Shown piece after piece: positions 1 through 9,938 of a stretch of DNA of 64,000 nt (positions within the stretch are counted from its first letter, which is position 1; every line of letters starts with the position of its first letter). The stretch spans positions 160,001 to 224,000 of the forward strand of contig CAWHHI010000011.1 in NCBI GenBank assembly GCA_963829055.1. Direction: 5' to 3'. Under the pieces are notes generated by a model. It was not told where the DNA came from and did no database searches. It was given only the letters and a program-made list of their open reading frames with translations. Made by a program: the position numbers and the translations under genes. The stretch is from an uncultured Gemmatimonadaceae bacterium (GTDB lineage Bacteria > Gemmatimonadota > Gemmatimonadetes > Gemmatimonadales > Gemmatimonadaceae).

Positions 1-1807
1 CCAGGAGATAGTCCAGCGCCACGGCGCCGTTAGGCGCCTGTTGCACGACGTATCCGACGGCCTGCAGCGCCCGCGCGGTGATCGCCCGGACCATGCCTTC
101 GTCTTCGACGACGAGCACGCATTCGCCCTGCCCGCGCGCCGTCGGGGCGACGCCCTCCTCCACCGCGGGATCGGCGTCGACGAACGGCAGGTACACAGCG
201 ATGGCCGTTCCCGCGTTGATGCCGCTCTCGATCGTCACGTAGCCGCCCGACTGACGCACGATGCCATACACCATCGACAGTCCCAACCCCGTGCCCTGCC
301 CGAGCGGCTTGGTCGTGAAGAACGGCTCGAACGCGCGCGCGACGGTCTCCGGCGACATGCCCGTCCCATCATCACGAACCGTGATCCGGACGAACGGGCC
401 GGGCTCGACCTCATCGATCCGGTGCGCGGCCAGCGTCGTCCGACGCACCTGCACGCGCTCGGCGTGTACCGTCACGACGCCGTTCGTGTGCGTCGCATCG
501 CGCGCGTTCGCGATCAGGTTGATGAGCACCTGCTCGAACTGACTCCGGTCCGCGATTGCGCGGAGCGCGATCGGCGACGTCCCAATGTCCAGCCGTCGGT
601 CCGAGCCCAGCATCCGCCGCAACACCGGCGCGAGATCGGCGATGACCGCGTCGATGTCCACGACCGCGGGCTGCAGCACCTGGCGCCGGCTGAACGCGAG
701 CAGGTGCCGCGTCACCTGCGCGGCCCGACCGCCGGCCTTCACCATCTCCTCGACGTCCGCCCGCTGCGGATGGTCCGCGCCTAACGCCGCGAGCACGAGC
801 TCACCGAATCCCAGCACCGCCGACATCATGTTGTTGACTTCGTGCGCCATGCCGCCGGCCATCTCACCGACAGCCTGGAGGCGCTGCGCCTCACGGAGCT
901 TCTGGTCAGCCTGCACGTGATCGTGAATGTCGGTGGTGGACGCAAGCCACTTCTCGCCACCGTCCACGCCATCCTGGATTCTGAGTACCGTCGTCAGGAC
1001 CGTGCGCCACTCGCCGTCATACCGGCAAAGCCGGTGCTCGATCTCGAACTGCTCGACGTGATCGCGCACGGCCGCCAGCCACTCGGCCTTCACGCGCTCG
1101 CGGTCATCGTCGTGGAGCAGTTGCTGCCATCCGTCGCCGTGCAGCGCCTCCGCATCGCGACCCGAGAAGGCAGTCCAGCGCGCGTTGCAATAGTCGACGA
1201 ACCCGGCCCCGTGTGCCGTACAGATGAGCTGCGGCACGGCGTCCGCCAGCGTGCGGTATCGCTTCTCGCTTGCCGTTAGGCGGAGGTTCGCATCGATCGC
1301 CTCGGTGCGCAGGAACGTCTCCGCTTCGAGCCTGCTATCGCGATCGCGAAGCTGCTCGTCACTGGTGCTCCGCTCGTCGTTGACCGCTTGCTTGAGGCGG
1401 ATGACTTCGGTGACATCCTCGACCGAGTGAATGAGATAGGCAACCTCGCCATCAGGGCCGAACACGGGCGAATTCAGTGGGCTCCAGTGTCGTTCCTCGA
1501 ACGCGCCGTTCGGCCGGCGGATGTCGTACTTCTGCACGGGCATGCGATCGGGGCGGCGGGTCTCGAGCGCGCGCAGCAGTGACGCGCGAAGGTTGCGGAC
1601 CCCGTCAGCAGCCGGATCGTCAGGGTTGTCCGGGAAGATCTCGAACAGGCCACGGCCCAGGATCTGATCGCGCGCGGTCATGGTCGCGGCGAGGTACGCG
1701 TCAGAGACGCCGAGGATCCGGAGGTTCGGCGCGAGCAGGAGAAAATTTCCGGGCGCGCCATTGAAGACGGTGTGGTAGTCGGGTCGCGCTGGGTCGTCTG
1801 GTGCCAT
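1..1807 (-). CDS. PAS-domain hybrid sensor histidine kinase/response regulator (3' end outside window)
   Basis: My translation from ATG 1807 (GAGG upstream): MAPDDPARPDYHTVFNGAPGNFLLL.. PAS, H-box AGGMAHEVNN, FEPFFTTK and GTGLGL ATPase motifs, receiver start VLVVEDE; one frame throughout. Confidence 0.92.
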   Translation of the reverse strand, partial: MAPDDPARPDYHTVFNGAPGNFLLLAPNLRILGVSDAYLAATMTARDQILGRGLFEIFPDNPDDPAADGVRNLRASLLRALETRRPDRMPVQKYDIRRPNGAFEERHWSPLNSPVFGPDGEVAYLIHSVEDVTEVIRLKQAVNDERSTSDEQLRDRDSRLEAETFLRTEAIDANLRLTASEKRYRTLADAVPQLICTAHGAGFVDYCNARWTAFSGRDAEALHGDGWQQLLHDDDRERVKAEWLAAVRDHVEQFEIEHRLCRYDGEWRTVLTTVLRIQDGVDGGEKWLASTTDIHDHVQADQKLREAQRLQAVGEMAGGMAHEVNNMMSAVLGFGELVLAALGADHPQRADVEEMVKAGGRAAQVTRHLLAFSRRQVLQPAVVDIDAVIADLAPVLRRMLGSDRRLDIGTSPIALRAIADRSQFEQVLINLIANARDATHTNGVVTVHAERVQVRRTTLAAHRIDEVEPGPFVRITVRDDGTGMSPETVARAFEPFFTTKPLGQGTGLGLSMVYGIVRQSGGYVTIESGINAGTAIAVYLPFVDADPAVEEGVAPTARGQGECVLVVEDEGMVRAITARALQAVGYVVQQAPNGAVALDYLL

Positions 1808-1955
1808 GACCTCGAGCTCGTTCTGCGGCAGCTTCGCCGGCCGTGCAGGCGAGATGGTACCTCGAAGCTGCGCTCGCCCGAGCGCTACTCAGGCAATGTA
1901 GGTGGCGGCCGGCCACCGCCACCAGACGTTGCGAGCTCGATTCACATGCGCACGA

Positions 1956-2822
1956 CTATTTCGCTGGTGTCATCTCGCGCAGCGTCAGGGCGAGCGACCC
2001 GAGGACCGGCACATGGCTGCGGAGCATCACGAGCGTGCGCGCCGAGTCGTCGGTGAAGTACACCTCGGCGTTGCCGCCCTGCCCGAACAGGCCGCTCGCG
2101 TTGGTGATCGTCGGCTGGACGACGATCGTCTCGAACGTGCCGGCGGGCACCGTGATCGTCCGCTTGCCGACGACGCGGATGATCACGTCACGGCCCGACT
2201 TGAAGTAGCGAGGGATCGTATCCACGTCCCCGACGCGGAGCGGCAGCGTGCGGACGTAGAACAGGAACGACACGTCATCGAGCGGCTCGTCGGTCGAGAG
2301 CGAGTCGACACGACCGCTGAGCGTCTCCCGATACGTCCCCTGCTCCGGCGCGATCTCGTAGCGCCGCTGGCGCGTGTGGCGGAGCTCCTTCTGATTCTGC
2401 TCGAAGCGCCGCGAGACGAACTGCTGCGGGTCGAACCACGAGTCGAATCGGTCGTCGACCTTGGCGAACAAGAGCCCGCCCTTCACCTGCAGCGAGGCGT
2501 GCACTGTATTCCGGCCATCGATTTCTTCCTGACCAATGACCTGAAACGAGCCGGTGCCTACCTGGTGCCCGCGAAGCTCCACGTCGTACACCCCGCGCTC
2601 ACCCATGGCCACGCGATACCCGGAAGCGCTCGCCTTCGGGGCGGAGCTGGCGGCGCTCGGAGTGATCTCAGCGGCCGGGGTCGTGATGCCAGTGCGCGTC
2701 GTGAACGCCTGTGCCTGGGCAACTCCAGCTGATGGCGAGACCAGACCGGCAGCGGCCGCGAGAACGCCAACCAAAGCGAGCCTTACGCGGTCGGTGCGGG
2801 TTGTCGTGGTCGTGGATGTCAT
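1956..2822 (-). CDS. secreted DUF3108-family protein
   Basis: Likely start MTSTTTTTRT with GGAG RBS and signal peptide; PLDDVSFLFYVR and ITVPAGTFETIVVQP motifs. Confidence 0.8.
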   Translation of the reverse strand: MTSTTTTTRTDRVRLALVGVLAAAAGLVSPSAGVAQAQAFTTRTGITTPAAEITPSAASSAPKASASGYRVAMGERGVYDVELRGHQVGTGSFQVIGQEEIDGRNTVHASLQVKGGLLFAKVDDRFDSWFDPQQFVSRRFEQNQKELRHTRQRRYEIAPEQGTYRETLSGRVDSLSTDEPLDDVSFLFYVRTLPLRVGDVDTIPRYFKSGRDVIIRVVGKRTITVPAGTFETIVVQPTITNASGLFGQGGNAEVYFTDDSARTLVMLRSHVPVLGSLALTLREMTPAK

Positions 2823-3338
2823 GGTCCTGTCTCCGGTCGAATCGTTGCGACGGGAGCCCGCATTCTCGCGATCAGCCGCGTGAATCGTCGCTCCACTAGT
2901 ACGTCGAAACACGGTCGGCCGGATCGACACGACTTCGCGCGGCGCGCGAGAAAATGTTGTCGGGAGCATTGGATTGCGTCGCATCATAGACCCTCGGTAG
3001 AACGCTCCGCCTGGCGACGGCTGCCCGTTGGCTGCCGCTATTCCGGTGAGCGATTGTACGAGGGGGATGCTACCGAGCGCCCTGGCATAGACCGTCAAGG
3101 CGCCCGTCAAGCCGCTGCGGCGCAACCGCTTGCGGCGAATCACGCGAGTGCCCGCGTGGGGGCGGAACCGCCTTCTCGTTTACTCCGTCACGAGAATGGC
3201 CACGTTTGTGCGTGCGCAGCGGCGGTGCCAATTCTGCCCGTCCAGGTGGATGTCATCGTGCGTCATCGCGTGCCGCGCGGTCGCGTGCAACGGCGCACGT
3301 CGAGGCGGGCACCGCCCCCGGAATTTGGAGGTCTACAC

Positions 3339-4206
3339 ATGCTCCCTCGACGATTCGTACTCGCGCTCGCCGGCCTTGTCCCGATCGTTCAGCGGCTGCG
3401 CACCCGATCAAGCGGTCGCGCCGCTCGCGACGCCAAGCACGCCCAGCGCCATCGTGTTCGGCACGCCCGACGTCACCAACACCTACAGCAACGTCGCCGC
3501 GTTCATTGTCCGCGCACCTGATGGTCGCCTGTTCCCGGTATGCACGGGCACGCTCATCGAGCCGACCGTGGTGCTCACGGCGGCTCATTGTACGTCGTAT
3601 GTGGAGAACGTCCTGGTACCGCGCGGCTATACGGTGTACGTGAGCTTCAGCAACCTGATCTCCTTTGGGTCGCTGACCAACGCTGCCACGACGGCCTCGC
3701 TGATCGCCGTCACGGACATGATCACGAACCCCGACTACAGCCAGCGCCAGAGCGACGTCGGCGATCTCGGCCTCCTGATCCTCGCCCAGGCACCCGCCGG
3801 AATCACCCCCGCGACGCTGCCGACGCTCGGTCTGCTCGACCAGCTTGCGGAACAGAACGGTCTCAAGGGTGCGAGCTTCACGGTCGCGGGGTACGGCGTG
3901 CAGGACCGCGTGGTCGGCGGCGGCCAGCCATCGTTCACGGACGCGAACCCACTCTACCGGGGTTACGCGATCGAGAGCTTCCTCGCGCTCAACAAGGGCT
4001 ACCTGCGGCTCTCTCAGAACCCGGCGACGGGCGACGCCGGAGCCTGCTACGGCGACTCGGGCGGCCCGAACTTCCTGTCGGTGAACGGGCAGCAGATCCT
4101 CGTCGCGGTCACCGTCACGGGCGATGCGGTCTGCCGCGCGACCAATGTCGTGTACCGCCTCGACACGGTGTCGGCACAGACGTTCCTCGCGGCGTACCTG
4201 CCGTGA
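3339..4206 (+). CDS. S1 trypsin-like serine protease, probable lipoprotein (frameshift ~3390)
   Basis: GGAGG RBS then MLPRRFVLALAG; TAAHC, DLGLL and GDSGGP catalytic motifs. Confidence 0.92.
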
Positions 4207-4235
4207 TTGCCGACGCTGCCTAACGCGCGTCTTCG

Positions 4236-4282
4236 CGAGACGGCGGCGCAACGTGGTTCACTCACGTTGCGCCGCCGTCTCG
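4236..4282. terminator. perfect 20-bp stem hairpin between convergent genes
   Basis: CGAGACGGCGGCGCAACGTG-gttcact-CACGTTGCGCCGCCGTCTCG. Confidence 0.75.
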
Positions 4283-4299
4283 TGTCTACCCAGGAACGC

Positions 4300-4800
4300 T
4301 CAGCTCTTGCGACGAAACTCCACGCTGAACTGCTCCTTCCAGCCAGTGTCGGTTTTCGCGCTCGAGACCGCGCGATAGCCGTCAGCACGCCGAGTCCACA
4401 CGGCCGTCATCTCCTGGATGCCCTTGGCGGTCGGCAGGCGTGCCGGGAACAGAATGTCGTCGCCCTGTCGTTTCACGGTGCCGTCGATCATCAGCCCTTC
4501 GACGCTCACGTAGCGCCACGAGATTTCCTTCGTGGCTGGGTTCCAGCCATACAGCGTCTCGCCCTCGTACACATTGCTGCCATCCGCGCCGCGCACGACG
4601 TGATGGTCGCGAATGAACTTCCGACCGTACTTCCACTCGAAGCAGTGTTCGTCCGTCGTCTTGCCGTCGGCGAACGTGCCCACCCAACAATTGCCGACCA
4701 GGAATTCGAGCGGCGAGAAGTCGGCGGCGGCCGGTTGCTGTGCACCGAGACCCGTACCGCCGAGCAGCCCGCACATGACCAACACGACAGCGCGCTTCAT
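4300..4800 (-). CDS. secreted hypothetical protein (lipocalin/DUF1579-like)
   Basis: Signal peptide MKRAVVLV..; FSPLEFLVGNCWVG start typical of such beta-barrels. Confidence 0.75.
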   Translation of the reverse strand: MKRAVVLVMCGLLGGTGLGAQQPAAADFSPLEFLVGNCWVGTFADGKTTDEHCFEWKYGRKFIRDHHVVRGADGSNVYEGETLYGWNPATKEISWRYVSVEGLMIDGTVKRQGDDILFPARLPTAKGIQEMTAVWTRRADGYRAVSSAKTDTGWKEQFSVEFRRKS

Positions 4801-4831
4801 GCTTCGATCTCACAGGTGAGGTTGACGATAT

Positions 4832-5548
4832 CTAGCTCACCGAGGTGCTTTGCTGGAGACGCGTCAGCGTCCACATGAAGCGCCGGATCTTCGCATAGGC
4901 TTTCATCGAGACGCCGGCGTATCGGCGAAATGACACCGCGAGATGTTTGCGGCTCACATCGAGTTGCTCGTGGAGCGAGGCGACACGCAGGTTGCCGTGC
5001 GCCTGCTCGATGCGCTCGGCCGCAATGCGCACGAACTCCGGCACTGCCTCGCCGTTTGCGCGCTGTGTGCGGAGGAACGTCTCGAGCGCCTCGAACCGAT
5101 TCGCGACCGTCGTCGCGGACAGCGCTCGCTCGCGCAACGCATCGCCGCCCGACTCGATGAACGTGTCGAGATCGACGATCCGATTCACCGACTCGACGAC
5201 CCGACGTCCTAGCAGAGCGACGGCGCCGAGGGCGTGCAATCGCGCGGAGAGGAGATGAGTGCCCGCGAGCGATTCGATGATGATGGCGTGCTCGTGCAGG
5301 CCGGAGAACCAGGCTCGCTCCCATACGCCTTGACCCGTCGCGCTGAGCACGCGGTGCGGTGGGCCGAGGTTGATCATCACCTCGACCGCACCGTTAGGCA
5401 GCAGCGTCTCGCGGAACGCGCTCAGCGCGCCCTCGACTTCCCAGTACTCCAGCACGAGCCCGCGAAGATCATCCGCGGGCTCCGCCCGACTCAGCCGCCA
5501 CGCGCCGGGTGCGGCCGAGAACTGGAATTCCTGCGTTGGACCTGGCAC
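4832..5548 (-). CDS. AraC-family regulator, apparently C-terminally truncated
   Basis: ETLLPNGAVEVMINLG N-domain, first HTH VSRKHLAVSFRRYAG; stops before a second HTH. Confidence 0.8.
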   Translation of the reverse strand: MPGPTQEFQFSAAPGAWRLSRAEPADDLRGLVLEYWEVEGALSAFRETLLPNGAVEVMINLGPPHRVLSATGQGVWERAWFSGLHEHAIIIESLAGTHLLSARLHALGAVALLGRRVVESVNRIVDLDTFIESGGDALRERALSATTVANRFEALETFLRTQRANGEAVPEFVRIAAERIEQAHGNLRVASLHEQLDVSRKHLAVSFRRYAGVSMKAYAKIRRFMWTLTRLQQSTSVS

Positions 5549-5866
5549 GGCGCGGAAAATAGCCCGCGCCAGTGCTTCACATGCAACTCGGCACCTTGCT
5601 CTTCCCCGCAGGTGGCGCGATCGCTGATCGCCACGCGCCTTCAGGCGACCGCGTTAGGCACGGGTCAGTGTCAACTCGCCGGCTGTCGATCGGCGCCTAA
5701 CGTGTACGCGCCGACCCACGGACGCGCGCTACTTCCCCGTCGACCGGCGCGAAACGGTTGTGCTCGCCAATATGCGGTACCGCCAGTCCGACGCGTGCGC
5801 ACCACTCTTGCTACTGGATGCTGCTGCGGGGGCGCACATCGGGCCCGCGCCGAGCCGGGAGGCACA

Positions 5867-6220
5867 ATGCGAATGACGAAACGGGACAAGAGCGACGCGA
5901 CGCGATCGGCGACCGAACGGCGGAAGCGATATCAGCCCGCCGCGATCTACCATCTGGCCGATTCGCTGCGCCGCCAGGGCATCGACCTGGCGACGCGATC
6001 AGGACCCTGGCGCGCGGTCGAGCGCGCACTGCAGAGGCCGGGTCGCAACCGCGTTCCCGTCATTCCGATCGTCACCAACGGACTGGCGCAGGTCATGGTC
6101 GACACCATGGAGCACGCTCGTGACCTGGCCGGCCTCCTCAACTGGTGCGGTGTCGATGATCTGGACCCGGTGCCCGATCTCGTCCCGCCGCCATCGCTGA
6201 AGCTTCAGCTCGCCACGTAG
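5867..6220 (+). CDS. hypothetical protein
   Basis: GGGAGG RBS before ATG; coding-like composition. Confidence 0.65.
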   Translation: MRMTKRDKSDATRSATERRKRYQPAAIYHLADSLRRQGIDLATRSGPWRAVERALQRPGRNRVPVIPIVTNGLAQVMVDTMEHARDLAGLLNWCGVDDLDPVPDLVPPPSLKLQLAT

Positions 6221-6236
6221 CGCGTGAGTCGACTCG

Positions 6237-7937
6237 TTAGGGCGTGACGACCACGCCTGAGGTGCGACGCGTGAGCTCCGCGATGTCCACCCCCGGGTCC
6301 TTGCCGCCTCGTCCCTTCGCCTTGTACGGCGAGGTCGGACCCAGCGAGTAGTCGGCTCCGAGTCCGATCGCCGCGACGGTGCGCGGGTACCAGTTGGTCG
6401 CCGGGTAGAGTTTGGAGAACTGCCCTTCGACGCCACCGATGACGTTGCGCTCGAACGACCACGAGCGGTCGCCCGCCATCGCGGTGAACCCCGCACTGTG
6501 CAACTGCCCCCCGTCGTAGTTGACGGCGTAGCCCCCAGGCGCGGTAAACACGTTGTCCGAGATCGCGATGTTACGCGCCGCGCCCCCGGCGTACGCGAAG
6601 GCGAACACCAGCCCGCCGGAGCCGGGCGCGTGGACGAACGTGTTGTGCGAGAGCGTCACGTCGCGGAGCGGATGCGTCCACAGGTTGAGCGCGCCGCGAC
6701 CCTCGGCCCCGATCTGCGCGAAGAGATTGTTCTCGACCGTCACACGCTGCACCCAGACGTTGGTCCGTACCTGCCCGGACTCGTCGTAGGCCTGGAGGTT
6801 CAGCGCGATCGGCGCGTTCCGGACGATGTTCCACTCGAACGTCACGTCGCTCGTGCCCTCCCAGAGGCAGGAGCCGCAGGAGTCCTGCGACGACTTGAAG
6901 ACGATCGCCGATTCCTGCCCGGCGGGCCACGTGTTCTCGAACACGTTCCCCTCGTACAGCACGCGGCGCGCGTTCTTGAGTTCCGTCAGGTTCTTGACCG
7001 TCCACTTTCCGCGCCACGCCGGGTCCTTCGCGACGTGGTTCCGGCGGATGGTGATGTCCGACGGCGAGAGGTTCGCGATGCCCGGATCGGCGCCGCCAAA
7101 CATGATGTTCTCGCCGGCGCCGCCCAGGAAGTTGTTCTCGATGAGGTAAGGCCCGGGCCCGTTCCACCCCTCGATCGCCTGCGAGTCCGAGCCTAACGCG
7201 TGGCACTCGCTGAACCAGGAGTTGATGACGATGGTGTTCGCCGAGTTGAGGGCGAGGCACCGGGTGGAGTTGAGCGTCGGCGAGCCGTGGATGTAGACGC
7301 GGTCGAGAATGATGTCCCGAGGCACCGCCGCGAGCGTCGTCTGCGTTTGCCCCGCCGGCTTGTCACCGCCATCTCCGAGCCACACGAGCCCGTACTGCAT
7401 CGACGTGACCGGGAGCGTGCCAGTGACTTCGATACCGACCAGGCGCCACCCACACGTCGGGTTCTTGGTCCGGAGCGCTGGTTCGTGATTCGGCGTGATG
7501 AGCTTCGGGAGCGCAGCCGCCGCGCGCGGCGTTAGGCGCTCACCCTCCGGCGTCGTGAGGCCCGCGCCGACGATCGTCACCCAACCGGTGCAGGACCTGG
7601 CGGGAAGGGTAAAATTGCCGCGAAATGTCCCGCTGAGGATGAGGCTGTCACCCGCGACGGCCTTGTTGAGCGCGGCCTGCAGGTTCTGCGGCGCCGAGAC
7701 GCGCTTCGTCGCACTGGACTTTGGCACGGTGAGGGCCGGCACGGCGCGCGGCCGCTCGGCACGCGCGGGATCCGCTGAGCCCACGGTGCCTGGTACCGAC
7801 GCCGAATCGTTGCGCGCCTGGGCCGCGAACTGCTCGGCGACCTTCACAGCGGGGCCAGTGTCGGACGCGGTGTTCTGCGCACCGAGCGGGGCCGCAATGA
7901 GGGCGAGCGAGAGAGCCAATCGGAGACAGAGCGGCAT
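6237..7937 (-). CDS. secreted right-handed beta-helix (pectin-lyase-like) protein
   Basis: Signal peptide MPLCLRLAL..AQ; repeated IENN/IRRN/FENT strands; GPGPYLIENNFLGGAGEN. Confidence 0.8.
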   Translation of the reverse strand: MPLCLRLALSLALIAAPLGAQNTASDTGPAVKVAEQFAAQARNDSASVPGTVGSADPARAERPRAVPALTVPKSSATKRVSAPQNLQAALNKAVAGDSLILSGTFRGNFTLPARSCTGWVTIVGAGLTTPEGERLTPRAAAALPKLITPNHEPALRTKNPTCGWRLVGIEVTGTLPVTSMQYGLVWLGDGGDKPAGQTQTTLAAVPRDIILDRVYIHGSPTLNSTRCLALNSANTIVINSWFSECHALGSDSQAIEGWNGPGPYLIENNFLGGAGENIMFGGADPGIANLSPSDITIRRNHVAKDPAWRGKWTVKNLTELKNARRVLYEGNVFENTWPAGQESAIVFKSSQDSCGSCLWEGTSDVTFEWNIVRNAPIALNLQAYDESGQVRTNVWVQRVTVENNLFAQIGAEGRGALNLWTHPLRDVTLSHNTFVHAPGSGGLVFAFAYAGGAARNIAISDNVFTAPGGYAVNYDGGQLHSAGFTAMAGDRSWSFERNVIGGVEGQFSKLYPATNWYPRTVAAIGLGADYSLGPTSPYKAKGRGGKDPGVDIAELTRRTSGVVVTP

Positions 7938-8123
7938 TGTTCGGCACCTTGCGAACTCGGGCGTGGAGCGTCGTCGACAGGTCGGCCGGCCAGTGCCAGT
8001 CAACCGCCGCGACGAGGAAGACGCGCACGCGACGCTTCGGTCTGGTGCACACAATGAACGATGGCGTCCAGTAGCGCTCGGAGGGGAGGGCGATTTCGAG
8101 GAAGTGATAGAGCCAGTACCCCA

Positions 8124-9812
8124 TCACCTCGCCGGCAGCCGTTGATACGAAACATCCTCCCCTGATCGTACTTCGCTACGTCGCTCCCGTTCCGTCCGAC
8201 CGTTCACTTCCAGCAACCACACCTTCCGATCGCGGAAATACTCGATCAGCCGCGCGTTCTTCGCGGCGCCGAGGTCATGCGCCCACACGACGTCGGCCCG
8301 GTCGATGTCGGCCCCGTTTCGCACCCACTCGTCGTGGAAGTTGTGGCCCGGCCCATATCGTACGATCACGAGGTCCTTCCCAGCTTCGGACCGCAGCTGG
8401 CGCTCGATATCGGCCCGGCGGCGCGCCCACTGCGACCATTCCGGCGTCGCGCCCGTCGTCAGTGTGCGCACAAGCGGGACTCCGAGCTTCGCGAGTTGAG
8501 ACGCCGTCCAGAATGCGAGGACGAAGGCGACGACGTACTCCCCGACGGCAAAGCGGCCGAGGCGCAGCCCTCGGCACCACACGAGGCAGCTGAAATAGAG
8601 AACGATGAACAGCGCGGTTGCCGGTGCCGCGTAGTGCAGCTGGTACCACGACGAGAGTGTGAGTCCCGTGAGAACCACACAGAGACAGACGAGGGCCAGT
8701 CGCATCCACCGGTCGCGGAGCACAATCGGCAGCACGAGGAGTGGAGCGAGAAGCCACACCTGAAGGAAGAACGAGAACGTGGCCTTCAACCGCGCTGCGC
8801 TTCGCGACGCGTATCCCGCCGGTGAGCGAAGCGAGTCGGCGCTCGCCAACTCCCATTGCTGATACTGTCGCATGAGCGTGTCGCTCGACAATGGAAGATC
8901 TCGTCGCTTTTGCCAGACGAAATCAGGTCCGCGACCGTACTCGTCGTGATACGCCAGATACGGGAACTGGGTCGCCCGCCCGGTGACCGCGTGGTTGTAG
9001 CGGAGCATGAACGCAGCAGCGACGACGATGACAGCGGCCACTGGCAGAACCACGGATCGGATTCGGCGTCGCGGGCTCAAGTCCCTTCCTCGGACGAGCC
9101 GCCAGAGCACGACGACCGCGACCGGCGCACAGAGGAGCGCGCCCTCGTACGGTCTGCTGTTGGCGAGCAGCGCAGCGCCGAGGGTCATGAGAACGGCGTC
9201 GCGCGCCCGCGCCGTCTCGACCACGCGGCGTGCGCCGCCGAGCACGAGCGCACCGCCTAACGCTGCCACGGAACCGCCCCAGTACTGGAAGGTCCAGTAG
9301 GTAGAGGCGAGCCTCATCGCGAGAGCCAGCGCGCCAGCGAGCGCCCACGTCGGGCCGACCCACGCCCGCAGCATCCAGTAGACCGCGGCGCACATGAGCG
9401 CGAACGAGAGCCACACGCCGACGATCGGCTTTCCGGCCAGGGTGATGCCGAGCGAGATCGCCATGGCCTGTGCAGGCGGATACTTCGACGCGTAGGTCGG
9501 GTGCTGCAACACGTGGAACGTCTGAAGGTGCTCGGCCATCGGGTGCGGCGGGTTGGTCAGCCGGCCCGCTGCGAACGTCTCGGCGCCGAGCAGATAGCTG
9601 CCCTCGTCGTGGATGACGGGCTCGGGAAAGCCGACACCGGCGGCGCCCGCGACGGCCAGCAGGAACGCGGTAACGAAGACCAGAGCGAGCGAGACCCACG
9701 GCCGGCCCGCGAGCGCGGCGTTCCATCGACGCACCCGCTCGATCATGCGGCCCACAGCCGAAAAGACCCAGGACATGCGCGAAGCGAAGCTCATCAGTCG
9801 GGTTGCCGCCAT
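8124..9812 (-). CDS. polytopic membrane protein, GT-C glycosyltransferase-like
   Basis: HDE motif after first TM, SKYPP, about 10 hydrophobic segments; start may be 9746. Confidence 0.65.
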   Translation of the reverse strand: MAATRLMSFASRMSWVFSAVGRMIERVRRWNAALAGRPWVSLALVFVTAFLLAVAGAAGVGFPEPVIHDEGSYLLGAETFAAGRLTNPPHPMAEHLQTFHVLQHPTYASKYPPAQAMAISLGITLAGKPIVGVWLSFALMCAAVYWMLRAWVGPTWALAGALALAMRLASTYWTFQYWGGSVAALGGALVLGGARRVVETARARDAVLMTLGAALLANSRPYEGALLCAPVAVVVLWRLVRGRDLSPRRRIRSVVLPVAAVIVVAAAFMLRYNHAVTGRATQFPYLAYHDEYGRGPDFVWQKRRDLPLSSDTLMRQYQQWELASADSLRSPAGYASRSAARLKATFSFFLQVWLLAPLLVLPIVLRDRWMRLALVCLCVVLTGLTLSSWYQLHYAAPATALFIVLYFSCLVWCRGLRLGRFAVGEYVVAFVLAFWTASQLAKLGVPLVRTLTTGATPEWSQWARRRADIERQLRSEAGKDLVIVRYGPGHNFHDEWVRNGADIDRADVVWAHDLGAAKNARLIEYFRDRKVWLLEVNGRTERERRSEVRSGEDVSYQRLPAR

Positions 9813-9938
9813 CCATCGGTGGGAGGGGCCGCCTCGCGCGCACCTCGATCTGCGCTCAAGTTATTCGCGAGGAACGTAGCGTCGCGGCCATGACCGCATG
9901 GAGCTACTCGTTATCCCCCTTTCCGGCAACAGCGCCTT

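Noticed and set aside
41..1582. Plus-strand ORFs 41-784, 842-1279, 1388-1582 and similar long antisense ORFs (23304-24752, 53513-54745, 57234-58334, 63135-63875)
   Set aside because: Shadows of motif-bearing genes on the opposite strand, expected in high-GC DNA
2830..3330. Riboswitch or ncRNA in the long divergent intergenic region
   Set aside because: No consensus I could recognise; needs an Rfam/Infernal scan
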